A stretch of DNA of 64,000 nt from Candidatus Aenigmatarchaeota archaeon (GTDB lineage: Archaea > Aenigmatarchaeota > Aenigmatarchaeia > CG10238-14 > SpSt-28), in the NCBI GenBank assembly GCA_025057985.1, contig JANXEV010000002.1, positions 1,104 through 65,103 on the forward strand, given 5' to 3'. Below, one piece after another: positions 62,545 through 64,000 of this stretch. The translations under genes and the position numbers were made by a program. Positions within the stretch are counted from its first letter, which is position 1, and each line of letters opens with the position of its first letter. The notes under the pieces are model-generated. The model saw only the letters and a program-made list of their open reading frames with translations, was not told where the DNA came from and did no database searches.

Positions 62545-63296
62545 TGAAGAACTTTGTTGAAGAAGCATTGGCTCAAGGAAAAAGAATAGACGGAAGGGAT
62601 TTTTTAAGTTTTAGAAAAATAGAGATAGTCGAGAACGTTTCAAAAAAAGCTGAAGGATCGGCTTTGGTTAAAATGGGAGAGACAAAGGTAATAGCTGGAG
62701 TGAAAATGGATATAGGAGAGCCATTCAAAGATTCGCCAAACGAAGGAATTTTGATTGTTAACGCCGAGTTTTCACCTATATCATCTCCAAACATAGAACC
62801 AGGTCCGCCTGACGAAAACGCTATAGAGTTGGCGAGAATTGTTGATAGAGTCATCAGGGAATCTCATTCCATAGATTTAGAAAAACTCTTCATAGAGGAA
62901 GGAAAAGTGTGGACGGTATACGTTGATCTAACGGTTTTAGACATGAAAGGAAATTTGGTAGATGCTTGTGTTTTGTCGAGTTTAAAAGCTTTATGGAACG
63001 CTAAAATTCCAAAGATTGAAGACGGAAAGATAGTGAGGGAAGAGTTTTCCGGTAAATTACCGATGGTCTACAAACCAGTTACCGTGTCGATTTGTAAATA
63101 TAACAATAACTTTTTGATAGACCCGACTGACGTAGAAGAAGAGCTTATAAACGCAAAGTTGGTTGTTGGGGTTAGGGATGACGACAAAATTTGTGCCATT
63201 CAGAAACAAGGTTGGGGAACATTTCATATTAGTGAAATAGAAAGATGTTTGGATTTGGCTATAGAGAAGTCAAAAGAATTGAGGAGGTTGATATGA
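62544..63296 (+). CDS. rrp42: Exosome complex subunit Rrp42
   Basis: RNase PH-like: GKRIDGRDFLSFRKIEIVENVSKKAEGSALVKMGETKVIAGVK. Overlaps the rrp41 stop. Confidence 0.92.
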   Translation: MKNFVEEALAQGKRIDGRDFLSFRKIEIVENVSKKAEGSALVKMGETKVIAGVKMDIGEPFKDSPNEGILIVNAEFSPISSPNIEPGPPDENAIELARIVDRVIRESHSIDLEKLFIEEGKVWTVYVDLTVLDMKGNLVDACVLSSLKALWNAKIPKIEDGKIVREEFSGKLPMVYKPVTVSICKYNNNFLIDPTDVEEELINAKLVVGVRDDDKICAIQKQGWGTFHISEIERCLDLAIEKSKELRRLI

Positions 63297-63461
63297 ATGT
63301 CTATAGATCATGTAACAAAAAAAATTAAACTAGCGGCGATAGCAAAAATTAAAAGAGCTCCTATTTGGGCCAGTATAAAAAAATTCGGCTTGAAGAGAGC
63401 GAGAACAAGAAGAATAGTAACACATCCTAAGAGATGGAGAAGAACTAGAATAAGAGTATGA
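63297..63461 (+). CDS. rpl39e: 50S ribosomal protein L39e (below the ORF-track size cut-off)
   Basis: Own translation: MSIDHVTKKIKLAAIAKIKRAPIWASIKKFGLKRARTRRIVTHPKRWRRTRIRV*. The HPKRxWRRT motif is diagnostic. The ATG abuts the rrp42 stop. Confidence 0.88.
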   Translation: MSIDHVTKKIKLAAIAKIKRAPIWASIKKFGLKRARTRRIVTHPKRWRRTRIRV

Positions 63462-63766
63462 AGAAGATATTTTTGCTTTATGTCGTTTTTCCCAATGAAA
63501 AAGAAGCTAGAAAGGTCGGTAAATATTTAGTGGAAAAAAATTTTGTTGCTTGTGTGAATTTATTTCCGGTAAAGAGTTTATACAAATGGAAAAATAGAAT
63601 TGAAGAGTCTAACGAGGTAGTGATGATAGCTAAGGTTGAAAAAGATAAAGTTGAAAAGGTTGTGAAGGAAATAGAAAGAAAACATCCTTATGAAATACCT
63701 TTCATAGCTAAATTTTCTGTAGAGGTTTGTGAGAAATATTTTGATTGGATGAAAAAACTTGAGTGA
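63458..63766 (+). CDS. cutA: Divalent-cation tolerance protein CutA
   Basis: LLYVVFPNEKEARKVGKYLVEKNFVACVNLFPVKSLYKWKNRIEESNEVVMIAKV is the CutA1 pattern. 4-nt overlap with rpl39e. Confidence 0.85.
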   Translation: MKKIFLLYVVFPNEKEARKVGKYLVEKNFVACVNLFPVKSLYKWKNRIEESNEVVMIAKVEKDKVEKVVKEIERKHPYEIPFIAKFSVEVCEKYFDWMKKLE

Positions 63767-63821
63767 GAAAATCTACTTTCGTGTATATAAAAATTTTTAT
63801 ATAGGACTTTCCTAAAATTTT

Positions 63822-63974
63822 ATGCCGATTGTTAATACTAAAATAAAATGTTCTAGATGTGAGAAATTGATTCCAAAAAAAGTTATATTAGCTAACGGCG
63901 GAAGATGTTCTAATTGTGGATATTTGATAGCGACACCAATACTTTCTTTTAAACCAGGACAAGCTACTCAATAA
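63822..63974 (+). CDS. Small zinc-ribbon protein (50 aa, below the ORF-track cut-off)
   Basis: Own translation: MPIVNTKIKCSRCEKLIPKKVILANGGRCSNCGYLIATPILSFKPGQATQ*. It has CxxC...CxxC. TATA-like TATATAAAAATTTTTATATA lies upstream. Confidence 0.5.
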   Translation: MPIVNTKIKCSRCEKLIPKKVILANGGRCSNCGYLIATPILSFKPGQATQ

Positions 63975-64000
63975 CAAAACTTTCTTCCCATTGAGCAACT

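Noticed and set aside
1-64000. Search for CRISPR arrays, IS elements, integrases, split tRNA halves and other GC-rich orphan RNA segments
   Set aside because: I saw no regularly spaced direct repeats and no transposase, integrase or reverse-transcriptase motifs. Every GC-rich island I noticed outside coding sequence is accounted for by the six tRNAs, the 5S rRNA or the S-layer leader stem. No partial tRNA copy flanks the PIN/orphan pair that would indicate an integrated element.

Overview
Coding-dense, AT-rich archaeal chromosomal segment with about 85 genes and very few gaps over 100 nt. Archaeal identity is unambiguous. It carries the exosome superoperon (Pop5, proteasome alpha, SBDS, Rrp4, Rrp41, Rrp42, L39e), RpoF, L15e, L21e, Pus10 and TrmY, SRP54, FtsY and prefoldin alpha, Pth2, RNase P Rpp30, and three tRNA genes with canonical 37/38 introns. 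The six tRNAs and one isolated 5S rRNA are strikingly GC-rich against the AT-rich background, and a BpsA-type branched-polyamine synthase sits next to AdoMet decarboxylase; both point to a thermophile. Short proteins, many 1-4 nt gene overlaps and a Hef gene split at its domain boundary suggest a reduced genome. My guess is a terrestrial Nanoarchaeota or DPANN-like symbiont, which is inference only. Main content: secFD; an S-layer gene inside a glycosylation island; a processive QxxRW GT2 synthase interrupted by a frameshift at an A10 run; an unusually large glycogen and glycolysis/gluconeogenesis complement (debranching enzyme, two GH57, three glycogen-synthase-like GT-B enzymes, PGM, cupin PGI, two PfkB kinases, FBA, TPI, PGK, PEP synthase); tRNA modification and protein-targeting genes; and a six-gene co-directional array (Hef helicase, XPF nuclease, DUF460 nuclease, sortase-like membrane protein, long coiled-coil protein, MPG glycosylase). 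I saw no CRISPR array, transposase, integrase, split tRNA halves or 16S/23S genes. The best candidates for something undescribed are the Hef-to-MPG array with its Cys-to-Ser archaeosortase-like protein, the PIN plus 255-aa orphan pair next to tRNA-Ser, the frameshifted processive GT2 with two membrane partners, and a radical-SAM homolog that has lost its CxxxCxxC motif. All functional calls rest on motif recognition by eye, with no database search.
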